A stretch of DNA of 64,000 bases from Chlorokybus atmophyticus (lineage: Eukaryota; Plantae; Mesostigma and Chlorokybus algae), in assembly GCA_009103225.1 (NCBI GenBank), contig RHPI01001715.1:373819-437818 (forward strand). The letters run 5' to 3'. Each line of letters starts with the position of its first letter. Within the stretch, counting starts at the first letter, position 1. The notes beneath the pieces were generated by a model, which did no database searches, was not told the DNA's origin, and saw only the letters and a program-made list of their open reading frames with translations. The translations under genes were made by a program, and so were the position numbers. Shown here one piece after another: positions 1 to 12,105 of this stretch.

Positions 1-305
1 GGGGGGGGGGGAGCAGGGCACTAGCGTGGTCAATGCACAACGTGTGTGCTACGCACCGTGTGCCCACATTGTCTCTGGAAGCAAGAAATAGGCTTACATG
101 CATTTGCTTATGCATGGTTCGTTGCTCGGGTGCATGCTAAGGATGTTGCCCCAATACTTGTGGTGACTGATGCTTGTGCGTTATACTGAGTGGTGTGCCT
201 AGCCAAGTGTGCATCCGACAGATGCTGCCCCAATAGTTGTGTGAACTGATGCTTGTGCTTCTCCTTTTGAGTGCTGTGCCTGACTAAGTCTGTGCCCGTT
301 CTTAG

Positions 306-1013
306 ATACTGGCTGACACGAGCTACCGCGGCATCGTCATTCGCCCTGGCGTTGTCTTTGGAGGCCGCGGCGGCCTCTTTTCAATGCTGCTTCTGCCTTC
401 GGTATGCATCTTCGCTATATTATACCACTAGACACTCTCAGTGTACACCCAGTCTTTCCTGCTCTTCCTTCTCACAATGCTGCGGGCCTGTTCATAGGTG
501 CTTTCTGGCAAAGCCTCGCTACCATCTGTGCCAGGAGATGGGTCGCAGTTCTGGTCGCTGATTCACAGAGAGGACCTGGCGGCGATATACGTGGCGGCTG
601 TAGAGAATGTTGCTTTCAGCGGGGCTGTCAATGGCGCTGATGGCGGAGGCACCCTTGCAGCTATCGTAGCAGAGATGGCCAAAGCTGTCAACCAGAATGA
701 ACTCACCATTGAGTAAGTATACACACGCACACCGTGACACGCACCCCATGCGCGCGCGCACAACACACAAGTCTCCATCATGCACAACAATTGTCGGGCT
801 TGTGCACAACAACCCAGCATGGTGTGGATGTGGTCTCATTGTCTGGTTGGCAGGTACCGCCAGCCGTCACCTGGTCTGGAGGAAGGCGTGGGGTCGGGTG
901 CACGTGTGGACAATACGCTCGCAAAGCGTGTGCTCGGCTTCCGGCCTGTGCACAACTTCTTTGTGAACTCCAGCCGGTATATCAAGGCCATGGAAGCGTA
1001 TGCTGCAAAGTGA
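306..1013 (+). CDS. 3' exons of an atypical SDR / NAD(P)-dependent epimerase-dehydratase family protein (5' part lies outside or upstream of what I could splice)
   Basis: GT-AG exons 306-401, 498-712 and 854-1013 splice in frame to ILADTSYRGIVIRPGVVFGGRGGLFS...GDGSQFWSLIHREDLAAIYVAAVEN...DNTLAKRVLGFRP...YAAK*. RPGxVxG and GDGxQxWSxIHxxDLA are typical of extended/atypical SDR C-terminal halves. Confidence 0.8.
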
Positions 1014-1403
1014 TGCACTCATACAGAACTGCAGCTTGTTACACAGGTTGGGTTGTTGTTGCCTTTGTTTTTATTTTGAATGAAGCATGACCCTGTGGAC
1101 CTCATCGCTGTCGTTGAACTTATATGATGCAGGAAAGGGAACACTATGCCATCGAGTGGTACTTGTGTAGGTATATGCAATGCTGTGCATGTGACTCACA
1201 TGTGTGCTGTTCATAGCCCAGCTCCCTTTTCTGCTGTATGAGACGAACAGATACCACACCCTGTGTTGCAGCCCTTTAGCGCTGTGCTGGTACCCATACG
1301 CATCTGTACAGAGTACTAGTAGTGACTGAATTGCGTTACAGCTTTTCTGCTATATCATTGAAACGCTGCAGCAAAAGCAGTCTAAGTTCATGTAATAGGT
1401 AAA

Positions 1404-3387
1404 GAGCGGGTGGTGTTACTGAGCAACGAGGCGGGCGTATACGTGCCAGTACCAGCAGCGAGGTGTTGCAGAGGTGATGCTGAGTGCGATGGGAAGGCGC
1501 GTGGTGAGGTGTGGGTTTTAAGAGGTGTAACGTATGACGTGCGGTTTGTGTATTCGCTAGTGATAGTGCCGCTACTATACAATGTACATAAGCCTCATGT
1601 ATACGTCTGAGAGTGTGAGGAGCGGCCGCTGTGGCTGTACCTGTATACAATGTATATGTACTGGTGTGCTTGTTTATAAGTCAGTATCCTACGTGTATCC
1701 AGATGTACATGGGTACAGGTATTGCGCACGCAGCTTACTATCGCATCGCCAGGTCGGCAGTCACTCGCACATAGCACTGTGCACACGCTCACACACAGCC
1801 TGTGGCACAGTCGCGCAGTCAGCCACTCAGTGTGGCACGCTGCTGCCAGGCCACGCCACGGCCCGCACCGGCACATTCGCCTTCAATGCTCCTGCCCACA
1901 TGCTACTTTGCCGCCAGCGCTGCGTCCACCTCGGTGACCGGCGGGCCTGGTGCGATGCTGTACATCATGATGTGTACATGACAGAGTGGGGTGTACTGAG
2001 CGGCTAGAGTGTGTGACACGAGGGTGCAAGGGTCGGTGAGTGACGATGTGCGTGTTCAACGGTTTGTGATGTGGAGTGTACAAGAGATGCGAACATCATT
2101 TCTGAGGTGCTGTTGTGTACTTGCATGCCAGTGCAACACACTGTATACAGCACAACACACTCACCGCAGTGTGTGCGCAGGCGCTCATCACCATGAAGGG
2201 AGGAGCTGCTGCAGTGGAGGTGACGCTGGGTCGGGCGCCAGTNCAGGTAATGCACTACCAATACGCATGTATGCATGACGGCGAAGTCTAGACTAGTGTA
2301 GTGTAGTGAGGAGCAAACAGTGTGTATAGCCCGGTGGTTGTGTTATAATGTGCTTGCATGTTGCTGTTTGGCATGCAGTGAGTGAGGTCATGCATGTCTC
2401 CAACTACTGCCAGCATATCCTGTACACCAGCCGCTAGCAGCCTGTCTACGCCCTTCTGGTCCCACTCCGCACGCACGTACTTGATGTTCTCGTTCGTCAC
2501 GCCATTGCCAGCGCTGCGTCCACCTCCGTGGTCAGCAGGCTTGTCGGCACTGGCGCCCGACCCAGCGTCACCTCCACTGCAGCAGCTCCTCCCTTCATGG
2601 TGATGAGCGCCTGCGCACACACTGCGGTGAGTGTGTTGTGCTGTATACAGTGTGTTGCACTGGCATGCAAGTACACAACAGCACCTCAGAAATGATGTTC
2701 GCATCTCTTGTACACTCCACATCACAAACCGTTGAACACGCACATCGTCACTCACCGACCCTTGCACCCTCGTGTCACACACTCTAGCCGCTCAGTACAC
2801 CCCACTCTGTCATGTACACATCATGATGTACAGCATCGCACCAGGCCCGCCGGTCACCGAGGTGGACGCAGCGCTGGCGGCAAAGTAGCATGTGGGCAGG
2901 AGCATTGAAGGCGAATGTGCCGGTGCGGGCCGTGGCGTGGCCTGGCAGCAGCGTGCCACACTGAGTGGCTGACTGCGCGACTGTGCCACAGGCTGTGTGT
3001 GAGCGTGTGCACAGTGCTATGTGCGAGTGACTGCCGACCTGGCGATGCGATAGTAAGCTGCGTGCGCAATACCTGTACCCATGTACATCTGGATACACGT
3101 AGGATACTGACTTATAAACAAGCACACCAGTACATATACATTGTATACAGGTACAGCCACAGCGGCCGCTCCTCACACTCTCAGACGTATACATGAGGCT
3201 TATGTACATTGTATAGTAGCGGCACTATCACTAGCGAATACACAAACCGCACGTCATACGTTACACCTCTTAAAACCCACACCTCACCACGCGCCTTCCC
3301 ATCGCACTCAGCATCACCTCTGCAACACCTCGCTGCTGGTACTGGCACGTATACGCCCGCCTCGTTGCTCAGTAACACCACCCGCTC
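1404..3387. repeat. Near-perfect 839-bp inverted duplication (arms 1404-2242 and 2549-3387); left arm ends at a single N
   Basis: Identical ORFs on opposite strands (1582..2007+ equals 2784..3209-, and others). Position x pairs with 4791-x. The N at 2243 marks a contig join. Confidence 0.95.
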
Positions 3388-3532
3388 ACGCTGCTGCCAG
3401 CGCAAAGTAATCACTACGTATGTATAGATATGTACGGTGCGGTCTGTGATGTTCGGTAGTGATAGTGCCGCTATTATACAATGTACTACATGGCTTGAGC
3501 CTCATGTAGACGTCTGAGAGTGTGATAGTGAG
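3171..3532. repeat. Diverged ~90-bp inverted repeat pair (about 3171-3260 / 3432-3532), MITE/foldback-like
   Basis: tagtgatagtgccgctattatacaatgtac...cctcatgtagacgtctgagagtgtga near 3457-3525 is the diverged reverse complement of 3171-3235. Confidence 0.6.
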
Positions 3533-3829
3533 GTGCGCATGCGGGGTTAGGCGCGTCACCTTGCCCCACACACCACACGGCTCCCACATCCCACATTCCA
3601 CTCCGCGGTGCTGTTGGTCCAGCACGCATGCCACACGTGCATCCTACTAACGCCCTGCTCACACACAACGACTACTATCATTACCATCAACACGCGTCCA
3701 CACTAGCTGCCCATGCCTACTACTGCGTCGCCAACAATCACACCATCATGTATTCACCACACACACAACTACAGTCCAGCCAACTAAGCGTCAGCAGCAA
3801 CCGCCAAGGCGACGTCCGCCTCGGATGCC

Positions 3830-4090
3830 CGCGCGCCTGTCCCTGTGCGCGCTGCAGTGCCACCACCACCCGCTGCCGGCAAAGGGCGACGTAGCCACTA
3901 ATGCGTTGCAGTGGCAGCCCTCTCGTGTACACCGCCTGTCGTGTGCATGTTTTGAGCACCTCAGCAAAGGCGGCCCCCACCGCGCCGTGGGTCTCCACCG
4001 CCAGCGAGAAAAACTTGTCCTCCGGGGGGTGGTCACTATACTTGCGGCCTACTACCTCACTGCCGCCACCTCAGCGTCTGCCTCAGTGAT
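3830..4090 (-). mobile_element. Degenerate C-terminal remnant of a restriction-like-endonuclease (CRE-type) non-LTR retrotransposon
   Basis: Minus strand reads RKYSDHPPEDKFFSLAVETHGAVGAAFAEVLKTC...CRQRVVVALQRAQ, matching the KY...F.P.A.ET.G..G...RQR.SV.LQR pattern and the homologous ORF at 31198-32052. Confidence 0.65.
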
Positions 4091-4663
4091 CGGTGTTCCC
4101 CTGCGGCACCCGGCACGACCGCCACGGCCACAGCACCACATTCCATCACACCAGTGACTGCGCGCGCTGCAGCGCACAGGCCACGTGCTGCCGGCTCACC
4201 CGCAAGAGCCCTCCATCCGACACTGCTCCGCCATCAGTGCCTTCCGCCATACGCACACCCGCAGTATATGCAGATACCCAATGCATTTTGAAGAGGATTT
4301 AAATTTGCTGCGTGAAGAAGAAGAAACACCAGCACATACATACATGGGACATGGTGTGTGCTTCAACACAACAACACACATTAAACAAGTATAATGAATG
4401 GCTGTCCCAAGCCTAAGGGCTAGCATGACAACACTGAGCATGTGCATGCAGCCATTGCACAAACAGCCTGCAGCGGGAAGCACCACGCAACAGGCAACAA
4501 TTTGACTTGGCATTCTGTATGAGAACGTGACATAAGGCACATACCCTTACTAATATAATAGCTTGTGATAGTGGTTTCTAAACACAACTGTACAAGTAGG
4601 ACAAAAGGTTTTCCAGCAGGCGATGAGAGAATGATTGCATCCTTCACAATACAGCAGCCAATG

Positions 4664-7600
4664 TCACTTCTTTCTTTTTCGGGCAGAGCTTCCCACCTGC
4701 AACATTGTGCGTGAGTTGTGTTGCAAACACTCATGACTTTCAAGCACTAGCAAGCATTCATGAGAAAATCTCAAAACACGTATCGCACCGTGGCGTCTTG
4801 AGATGCAAGGGACTGCTTGCGCGTCTTCATGCCTGCTTTGGCGGAGCTTGCATTGAAGTTGACTGCTCCAGCACCTGAAGCAACACAACATCATCAAGCC
4901 ATTGCTCAACATGGAGCGAACCGATGCTGCGCTGGGCATACCTATTGAGCCAGGCATGAGGTTTTGAAACCCCTCCCGAATGTCAAGGACAGAACCAGTC
5001 TGCGGACATAACAGCCTTTGAGTACCATACGGGCACATCGCAGATCAACACAGAATTGCAACACAACTGAATGTGCATTTGCTTCTGAAACAGCCAAACG
5101 GACAAGAACCAATGCAGGCCAGCAGCAGTCTCACTGCCGCAAGGCACATGGTACGCAGGTACCTTATCCCGAACAACTGCTTGGTTGCACCAATACGCTA
5201 GTCTTGGCAGGATGGTACGGCCTATCACAGACACAGTGTGTTCAATGGACTTATGCTGAATTTCACATTCATGCACTGTACGAGCTCAATGTGTGCCCAT
5301 CAGGCTTGTGAATATGCGCTTACCACTTCTGCTGGCAGGAAGTCCGTACTTGGCAGAAAGTGGACTTAACGTTGGCACTGGAGGTGTCCGTGGGCTCCCT
5401 TTGACCTGTGGTGAGCAGGGCGGCCCGGCTCGTTTGGACATATTGGCTGGTGAAGCTGTGGTTTGAGGCACAGGGGCTGGGCTGGCATCTTGATGTGGCA
5501 TCTCCGCGGCGTACACATCTGGAGTGCTAGTGCGTGTTCGCTTGCCCCCGCGCCTTTGTTGACTGCCGAGTGAGGCTGCTAGCTGAGGGGCAACAGCTGT
5601 GGGTTGAGGGACAAGGGCTGGGCTGGCATTACTTTGCAACACATCAGTGCCGCAAACATCTGGAGTGCTAGCGCGTGGTTGCTTCCCCCCACGCTTTGAT
5701 TGACCGCCGAGTGAGGCTGCTAGCTGAGGGGCAACAGCCCGGCTGGAGTCTTGTTGACAGGGTGACTGGTCAATTTCTTGAATGCGGTCTGTAGTGCGTG
5801 CGGATGGACTTTGCAGTTTAGCAGCTGCTCGCGTCCTCCGCTTGTCTGCAAACTTCTCCGCTGGCCTGTCCACTTTTGGACGGTCAACACCCTTTTCCAC
5901 AGCACCATTGCTACGTTGTTGACAGGGCGACTGATCAGGTGCTTGAGGACGGTCTGCAGAGCTTGCTGATGGACTTTGCAGTTTGGCAGCTGCTCTTGTT
6001 CTCCGCTTGTCTGCAAACTTCTCCGCTGGCCTGTCCATCTCCTGACGATCAACACGCTTACCTACAGCACCATTGGTAACTTGTGGACAGGGCGACTGGT
6101 CAGATGCTTGAGGACGGTCTGCAGTACTTGTAGATGGACTTGGCAGTTTGGCAGCTGCTCTTGTTCTCCGCATGTCTGCCAATTTCTCTGCTGGCCTGTC
6201 CATCTCCTGACGGTCACCACCCAAATCCACAGCACCATTGGCACTGCTCGCTCGTGAGAAAGTGGCTCGCGTCACTCTTGTTTGAGGCCTGGCAGCTGGC
6301 GTGTCCATGTCTTCATGGTTACGCTCCTCGACCTGTTGTGCAATTTGTGGAGACTCGCTTGCAGCTTTTGGCCGTGCATGAGCAGTTTTGGTTTGTAGCA
6401 TAACAGCTGGCGTGTCCCTGTCTTCACACCCCTTATCCTGTTGCTGAGCGGCAACTCGTGCAGACTCACTTGCATAATCTTCACGTGCATGAGTCTCAAG
6501 CGGTTCTTCCTCTCTAGGCACTATCAGAACCTCAACCTGGCATGGTTCAGGGGTACTCTCATTCGTAATGCGTACATCATGCATGGAAGGAGCAGCAGGC
6601 TCAGCAGGCTCAATAGGCTCGGCAGGTTCAGCCGGCTCAGCAGTGGTTGCGACACTCGGGCGCTCCTCATCAACTTCACATTTGACAGTGGCAGCCGTGT
6701 CGCTTTCTGGAGACAGGAAATTGGGTCGGCCACCATGCACGTCAGTGACAGTGGCAGACGGGTCGCGGCTGTTGGACTGCACTCTTGGCAAGGACAAGTT
6801 GGCATGCGGGGAACCATCCGTCTGAGTGCCGGCGGGTGTCATGCTTGGCGAGAACGGTCTCTCTGCCTGGCCAGGGGGCTGCCTCACCTCGGGCGCAAGC
6901 AAACCTTCCCATATTGCAGGGAAGCCACGCTCAAAGGTTCGCACGACCTGCACAGAGCAGCAGTGTTTCATGAACAATCGTGAGTTCATAGCTAGCATTC
7001 ATCACTGCACAATGCCAGTGAGGTCCTGTGCTGAACAGGAGACTTACTGTTGCGGAGAAGCCTTGCTGCGCTGTTGTCTGCGCATCCAAAGGGCCCAGAA
7101 GCTTAACAAGAACGCCAGATGCAGTTCTAAGCTTCCTGGCGCTGTAGCGTTCAGCAATAGCATCACTCGTCCACCAGCACGAGTCAGTGGCCACAGGTGC
7201 TGAACCACTTATCCTGCATGCATGGTAATCGATTAACATTGGCATGAGAGTTGCATGCAAGCTTATAATTGTCTTGCTTACCCAGCTGCCACTGCTGATG
7301 CCAGCAGTCCACGTACTGCAACATGCGGACCTGTGCGTAGCAAGGACCAGTTCTCGATCGACACCTGCAACTGAAGGGTAGGTCAGGGTGCAATAGCAGC
7401 AGGTGGCCATGCACAGCATCTGCCTACCTCGGAGTACAATGGCGAGGCGGCGACACCCACATGCTCAACAGCGGCATTGGGCGAGCCCAGACGAGAGAGC
7501 TCGCACTTCACCTCTTCCGAGTCTGAGGCGCGGCTAACAAAGGGTATGCTTGCATCCGCTGGTGTACTCGGCCCGGTTTGAGCTGTCTCAGCGCCATGCT

Positions 7601-8705
7601 GGCGTGCGGACATCGGGGGAGTGAAGCAAGCAGGCGGCTGTCTCACCTACATTACAGTGCAACAGCTGTGTTGTCATCACAAACAACTGCAGAGCTATGG
7701 CACATTTGCATGCACGGTGTGTTGACCGCTTGCTTTCCCATGGTGACGCATAAACTGAACCCCCTATGCTAAGAGCGACCTGCTCAGTGCAGAATTGAGC
7801 ATACCGGTGTAGTACTGCTATTGCGCACGAGAGCCTCAAAGCTGCTCCTTATTCGGGTCGCGACGTCTGGTTGTGTCCAGGCTGCGGCCACACCCTCCCG
7901 AGCAGCTGCCGCATCACCATGCACTGGTTGTGCCCTGTTCTGCGCCTGCTGGTGAAGAGCTGGAGGGGGCGCCCTGTTTGCCATACATATTACGTAGCTT
8001 TAGACAGTGACGACAAAAGCACCAAGTAAACCAACTCCCCCCACCCACCCACCCACCACNNNNNNNNNNNNNNNNNNNNCCCCCCCCCCCCCCCCCCCGC
8101 CACAAAAAAGACATGCATACAACATGCTGTGCCGTAGCATGAGCCTGGCGCACCATCAAAGTAAACATGCTCTGGCTTTTATGCTTGACCAATGCAGCCG
8201 TCCATCAAGTGGCATGTGCATGTAGGCATGACTATGCATAGTGAATTGATTAGCTGAGCGTACAAATCGGACTGCTTTGGTAACGATTTATTACACAACA
8301 AATGGCGCCGTCAAGCAAACAGGGAGTGCATGTTCACAGCAGCAATGCAGCAAGTAACTACACATGGCTGTTTAAGATGAAGCACGCCAAGGCGAATGCA
8401 ACTTGTTGTGGCAAATGAAGGATAGCTTCATGGCGCAACCAACGCAACCAAGACATTCACACCAACAAGGAGAAAACGTCCACTTACGTGTGCTGCGCAT
8501 GGAAGGGCTCCTGTCTCCCAATGTCTGCAAGTGACGTCCCTGACAAGCTCGACGGAACCCCAGCCAAAGCAAATATTGCACCAGACTTGAGCGGGTCCGG
8601 CGGCTTTTGCCGACTGTAGAGTAGCGGTCCACCTCCAAAGCCACTACCTGCTGCTCCTCCTCCTCGTCCTCCGCCGCAACCGCCGCTGACCGGCTCCATA
8701 GACAT
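4664..8705 (-). CDS. KNL2: Kinetochore protein KNL2 / Mis18BP1 (N-terminal SANTA domain, C-terminal CENPC-k motif), multi-exon
   Basis: Spliced exons give a SANTA-like segment: VSIENWSLL...VAVRG...WWTSDAIAERYSARKLRTASGVLVKLLGPLDAQTTAQQGFSAT|VVRTFERGFPAIWE (about 7365-6895). Exons ending 5323, 5221-5163 and 4999-4942 give PASRSG|RTILPRLAYWCNQAVVRDK|TGSVLDIREG, matching the plant CENPC-k motif SRSGR.L.P.L.FW.NQ..VYD. ATG 8705; stop 4664 after VGSSARKRKK. One internal junction near 7800-7590 is unresolved. Confidence 0.82.
5445..6245 (-). repeat. Coding tandem repeats inside the large KNL2 exon: 3 x 165 bp (55 aa) and 2 x 141 bp (47 aa)
   Basis: gacagg[g] anchors at 5756, 5921 and 6086 (period 165; DRPAEKFADKRRTRAAAKLQSPS). 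gtgaggctgctagctgagggg at 5570 and 5711 (period 141; AVAPQLAASLG..Q..RGGK..R.STPDV). Confidence 0.9.
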
Positions 8706-8957
8706 GCACCATGTCAGAGTTAAGGCTTGCCTTCATTTCCCGCGCTGAGGGAATCCCGTTACACCAGTGCCTGAAACGGCCTTGAATAAAGGGATTCCAG
8801 GCTTGATTCCGTTGCATTGCGCTTGGATTTCGGGCGTTACCCTGAAAAGGTTTGCCGGATTAGGGTTGAGGGCTGCTCAGCGGTATTGGCGAGAACATAG
8901 CCGTCGTCGGCGGCGGCGGCGGCGTTGGCGTCGCCATCCAAGGAATTGCCTTGCGCC

Positions 8958-10040
8958 ATGGTACGGTGATTTATTCAACGCGTTCGTTGCAGCTGGCTCT
9001 CTCGTGCATGTTACAAAACACTAACAACAGCTTTTGCAGCAGCATGCGCTCAAAGCACACTTGACGTTTACTATCACTACATACTTACACCAATGCAGCA
9101 AGGCGTTCTGTGTGTCGGTCTTGGTCAAAGTTTCTTGTATATATCTGCTTGAGTCAATTGTTGTGTACTGTACAATCTCCCTTTGCCTTGTTTGGCAGCT
9201 CTTCTACAGTTACTTCAAGACGCTGGTGGGAAAGGAGGTAGTGGTGGAGCTGAAGAATGACCTGGCGATAGCGGGCAAGCTGCACTCTGTCGACCAATAC
9301 CTCAACATCAAGCTCGAGGGTTGCCGAGTAGTCGACCAGGCGAAGTACCCCCACATGGTTAGCTCACACACCAGCACTGTTTGATTGCTCGGTCGCTTTT
9401 GCCGGAAAATCGCGTGTCATATCTTTCATCACGTGTCTGCTCTTTGCTAACAAAACGTGATGACAACGTATGCTCGTTTTTTAGCTGTGTAGGTAGAGTG
9501 TGCGAAATGAGTATGCCTGTCTCGCCAAGTGTCCAATGTCGTTTGCATTACTACTTCATGTGTGTCTTCAATACTACCACTTCTTGTGAATAACCGTGCT
9601 GAAAACTTGTGCCCACTCCTGTGTTGGTCTCTTTCTTTTGTTTATTGAACTATCCCAGCATTATGTATACAGCAGCATTATGTATACACGCGCCTTGTCG
9701 CTGCCAAGTGTCCTTTGATCGCCAAGTCTGAATTGCCATCGCTTGATGGTATAGAAGCTATCATGTTGTCACTGTCTCAGTGTGTTGCTTGATGCATACT
9801 AGCCATCAAGGGTAGCACCCGAAGTAGTAGTTGATGAGAGGTGGTAGAAGAGCACGCGTCCTTCCATGCAGGGCACAGCGTTTGTTTTACTGATGATTTA
9901 AACACCTTTGCTTGCAGTTGTCCGTGAAGAATTGTTTCATTCGAGGATCAGTGGTGCGGTACGTGCAGTTGCCCCCGGACGGAGTTGACGTGGACATCCT
10001 GCATGACGCGACGAGAAGGGAGGCGCGTGGGGCGACATAG
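8958..10040 (+). CDS. LSM2: U6 snRNA-associated Sm-like protein LSm2
   Basis: Exons 8958-8960 (ATG only), 9199-9357 and 9918-10040 give MLFYSYFKTLVGKEVVVELKNDLAIAGKLHSVDQYLNIKLE...KYPHMLSVKNCFIRGSVVRYVQLP...LHDATRREARGAT*, which is near-canonical LSm2. Confidence 0.97.
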
Positions 10041-10521
10041 CACAGAAACAAGGGTTTGGCATTGAGGATAAGCGGTACGTAAGGGTATGTCATTGCACAA
10101 AGGTTATCTGGTGTTGCCTAGACTATACAAAAAGCGGTAAGAGTGTGCATGGACCGATTTTTAATAGGACTATGCATGTTTGTGATATGAGTATTGAGTT
10201 GTGCTACATTCTTGTTTTCTTGGCACCCAGTGCCTGATCTACGTTGCATGCTATTGTCTGCTTACATCAGTTTCAGCCAGCCCCTTGCTTGTGCTACTTT
10301 GCTTTGCTGTATGGCAGTGGATATCCATTCATGGGTACATATGTTGTTTCCAGCGTGCAGGCTTGCATCATGCTCTACGTTGCAATTCAACTGTTGCATA
10401 CTGACCCAGTGACACTCCGCATTTTATGTACATGCAGTGCTGTGGGTGGTTTGTTTGTGCGCTCGGCACTGAGTGTTTATCACGGATTCCTACACCCGAC
10501 TGCAGCTGTCAGCCTAGCCAT

Positions 10522-10607
10522 AACTGCACATAGACAGATGTAAATTAGACTATGTGACAACCAGAACTGCACATAGACAGATGTAAATTAGACTATGTGA
10601 CAACCAG
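10522..10607. repeat. Perfect 43-bp direct tandem duplication
   Basis: aactgcacatagacagatgtaaattagactatgtgacaaccag occurs at 10522-10564 and 10565-10607. Confidence 0.95.
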
Positions 10608-10700
10608 AATCTGTTCAGCAACGCTGTCCTGTACTTCCATTCATATCTGCACATATAATGCTCATGTGTACATATATTAGTGTTATGACCTGCTTCCTAC

Positions 10701-11763
10701 TTAACAATCGAGTCCAAGGGCACTACGCTGATGTCTTCTATCCAAAAGTATAGCCCTGCAGTCTGGCACAAGCGCTACGCGTCTGCTCAGCAAAGGCCTC
10801 TGCCAGCAGGTAGAGAAAAAGGTCTCCGCGGCTGCAGGAAGACCAAGGCGCTGGACGGACTTCCCACTCGCAGATGGCTGCTGTGACGAGGATGCCTCTT
10901 GCACGCACATCGCTGTTGGCCCGTCAGATGCGCTGCAATCGAGACAGAACGCACGGTCTTGTGGCTGATCATAACTGCGCAGCAGATGGTGTCAGTAATC
11001 AACATAAATGCACTTCATGAATGCATGCTTCTCGCTATGACTTTGCATGCTACTTACTTGGGAATTGAGCACATGCTGCAGTATAGCTGCTGGCAGCCAT
11101 CGCAAAACCGATAACACTTCGTGCAGAGCGCCCGACTGCGGATAAATTAAACGCATTACAAACCAGATAAACCACGCATTCGTTACCACTGCACAACTGC
11201 TGCTTACTCGCAGTGGGCGCAGGCGGCGCTGGGCTCCCCTTTCTCGCACAGGCGGCATTTTCCTGCTGCTGACGATAATGTTGATGTTGGCCTCCCAGAG
11301 GTGGAAGCAGCACTATCAGAGTGCACATGACCACCCGTTCCCCCTACCAACCTCCTGCTTCCGTCTGCCAGCATCTTCAAGGTTTGCTCTGCTCATAAAG
11401 CGAGCAGTGGTGTTGAATGAAACATGCCTGTCGCTAACTGTACGCAAATATTGGTGTTTACGGGGTACATACGGAAAATTGATAACATGATCTCTTACCA
11501 TATACAGAGCGCTCGTCGGTTTTGGCATGTTTCTCATCTGAATGCCTATCTTCGTGCCCGCTAGCTGGCGCTCCTCGCTTGGTCCCCAAAGAGAAAAAGA
11601 ACCTGGTACCTATATCCACAGAATTATTGCAATTCGAAGACAACAGCAAGAGAAAGCAGCCGCCAGGCTGGGGTGCAACCAGATCAGTACCCCATAACTA
11701 AAGCAAGCGTGGAAGCATGGCATGCGGCGCAAGAGAAGGGACACCAACCTCTTTACCTGCCAT
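10701..11763 (-). CDS. SIVA: SIVA-family cysteine-rich zinc-finger protein
   Basis: Exons 11763-11757, ~11609-11499, 11388-11208, 11135-11058 and 10974-10701 splice to ...ERSVYEQTLKMLADGSRR...KCRLCEKGEPSAACAHCDRALCTKCYRFCDGCQQLYCSMCSIPNYDQPQDRAFCLDC. The cysteine spacing matches the Siva C-terminus (CxxCERALCxxCxRxCxGCxxxxCxxC...LCxxC), and the N-terminal VxEKTxxLLFxG-like motif is present. Confidence 0.8.
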
Positions 11764-12097
11764 GCTCAAAGCAGCAGTAGTATAGTACCCCACCCCACCC
11801 CCCACCCCCTCCTCCTCCTTCTCCTCCTCCTTCTCCTCCGCCTGCTGACCGCCGCCGCTGCCCAAGTGACTGTTTCCCGCCAGGCGTCCCGGTTGGGTAA
11901 CAGAAACCTTCGACAGTGAACTGATCCGGTTCTGATTCACTCTGGCCGCAGTGAATCACAGTGATCAATTGAGCATTCCTGCATGCAAATTGATTCATTC
12001 GTGTTATGAACTGTCAGCAAAGTTAACCGCGTCCGGTTAGAATTTGCCGTTCAGGCGTTCAAAAACACAAACGACGAGCTTTGGCGCGGGAAATAAC

Positions 12098-12105
12098 TAG
12101 GGTTT
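12098..12105 (-). promoter_or_regulatory. Telo-box (AAACCCTA) in the SIVA/MMS21 divergent promoter
   Basis: tagggttt at 12098-12105, between head-to-head genes. Confidence 0.4.

Noticed and set aside
6900-7370. Agenet/Tudor domain reading of the WWTS...GFPAIWE exons
   Set aside because: The full spliced pattern and the downstream CENPC-k motif fit SANTA/KNL2 much better.
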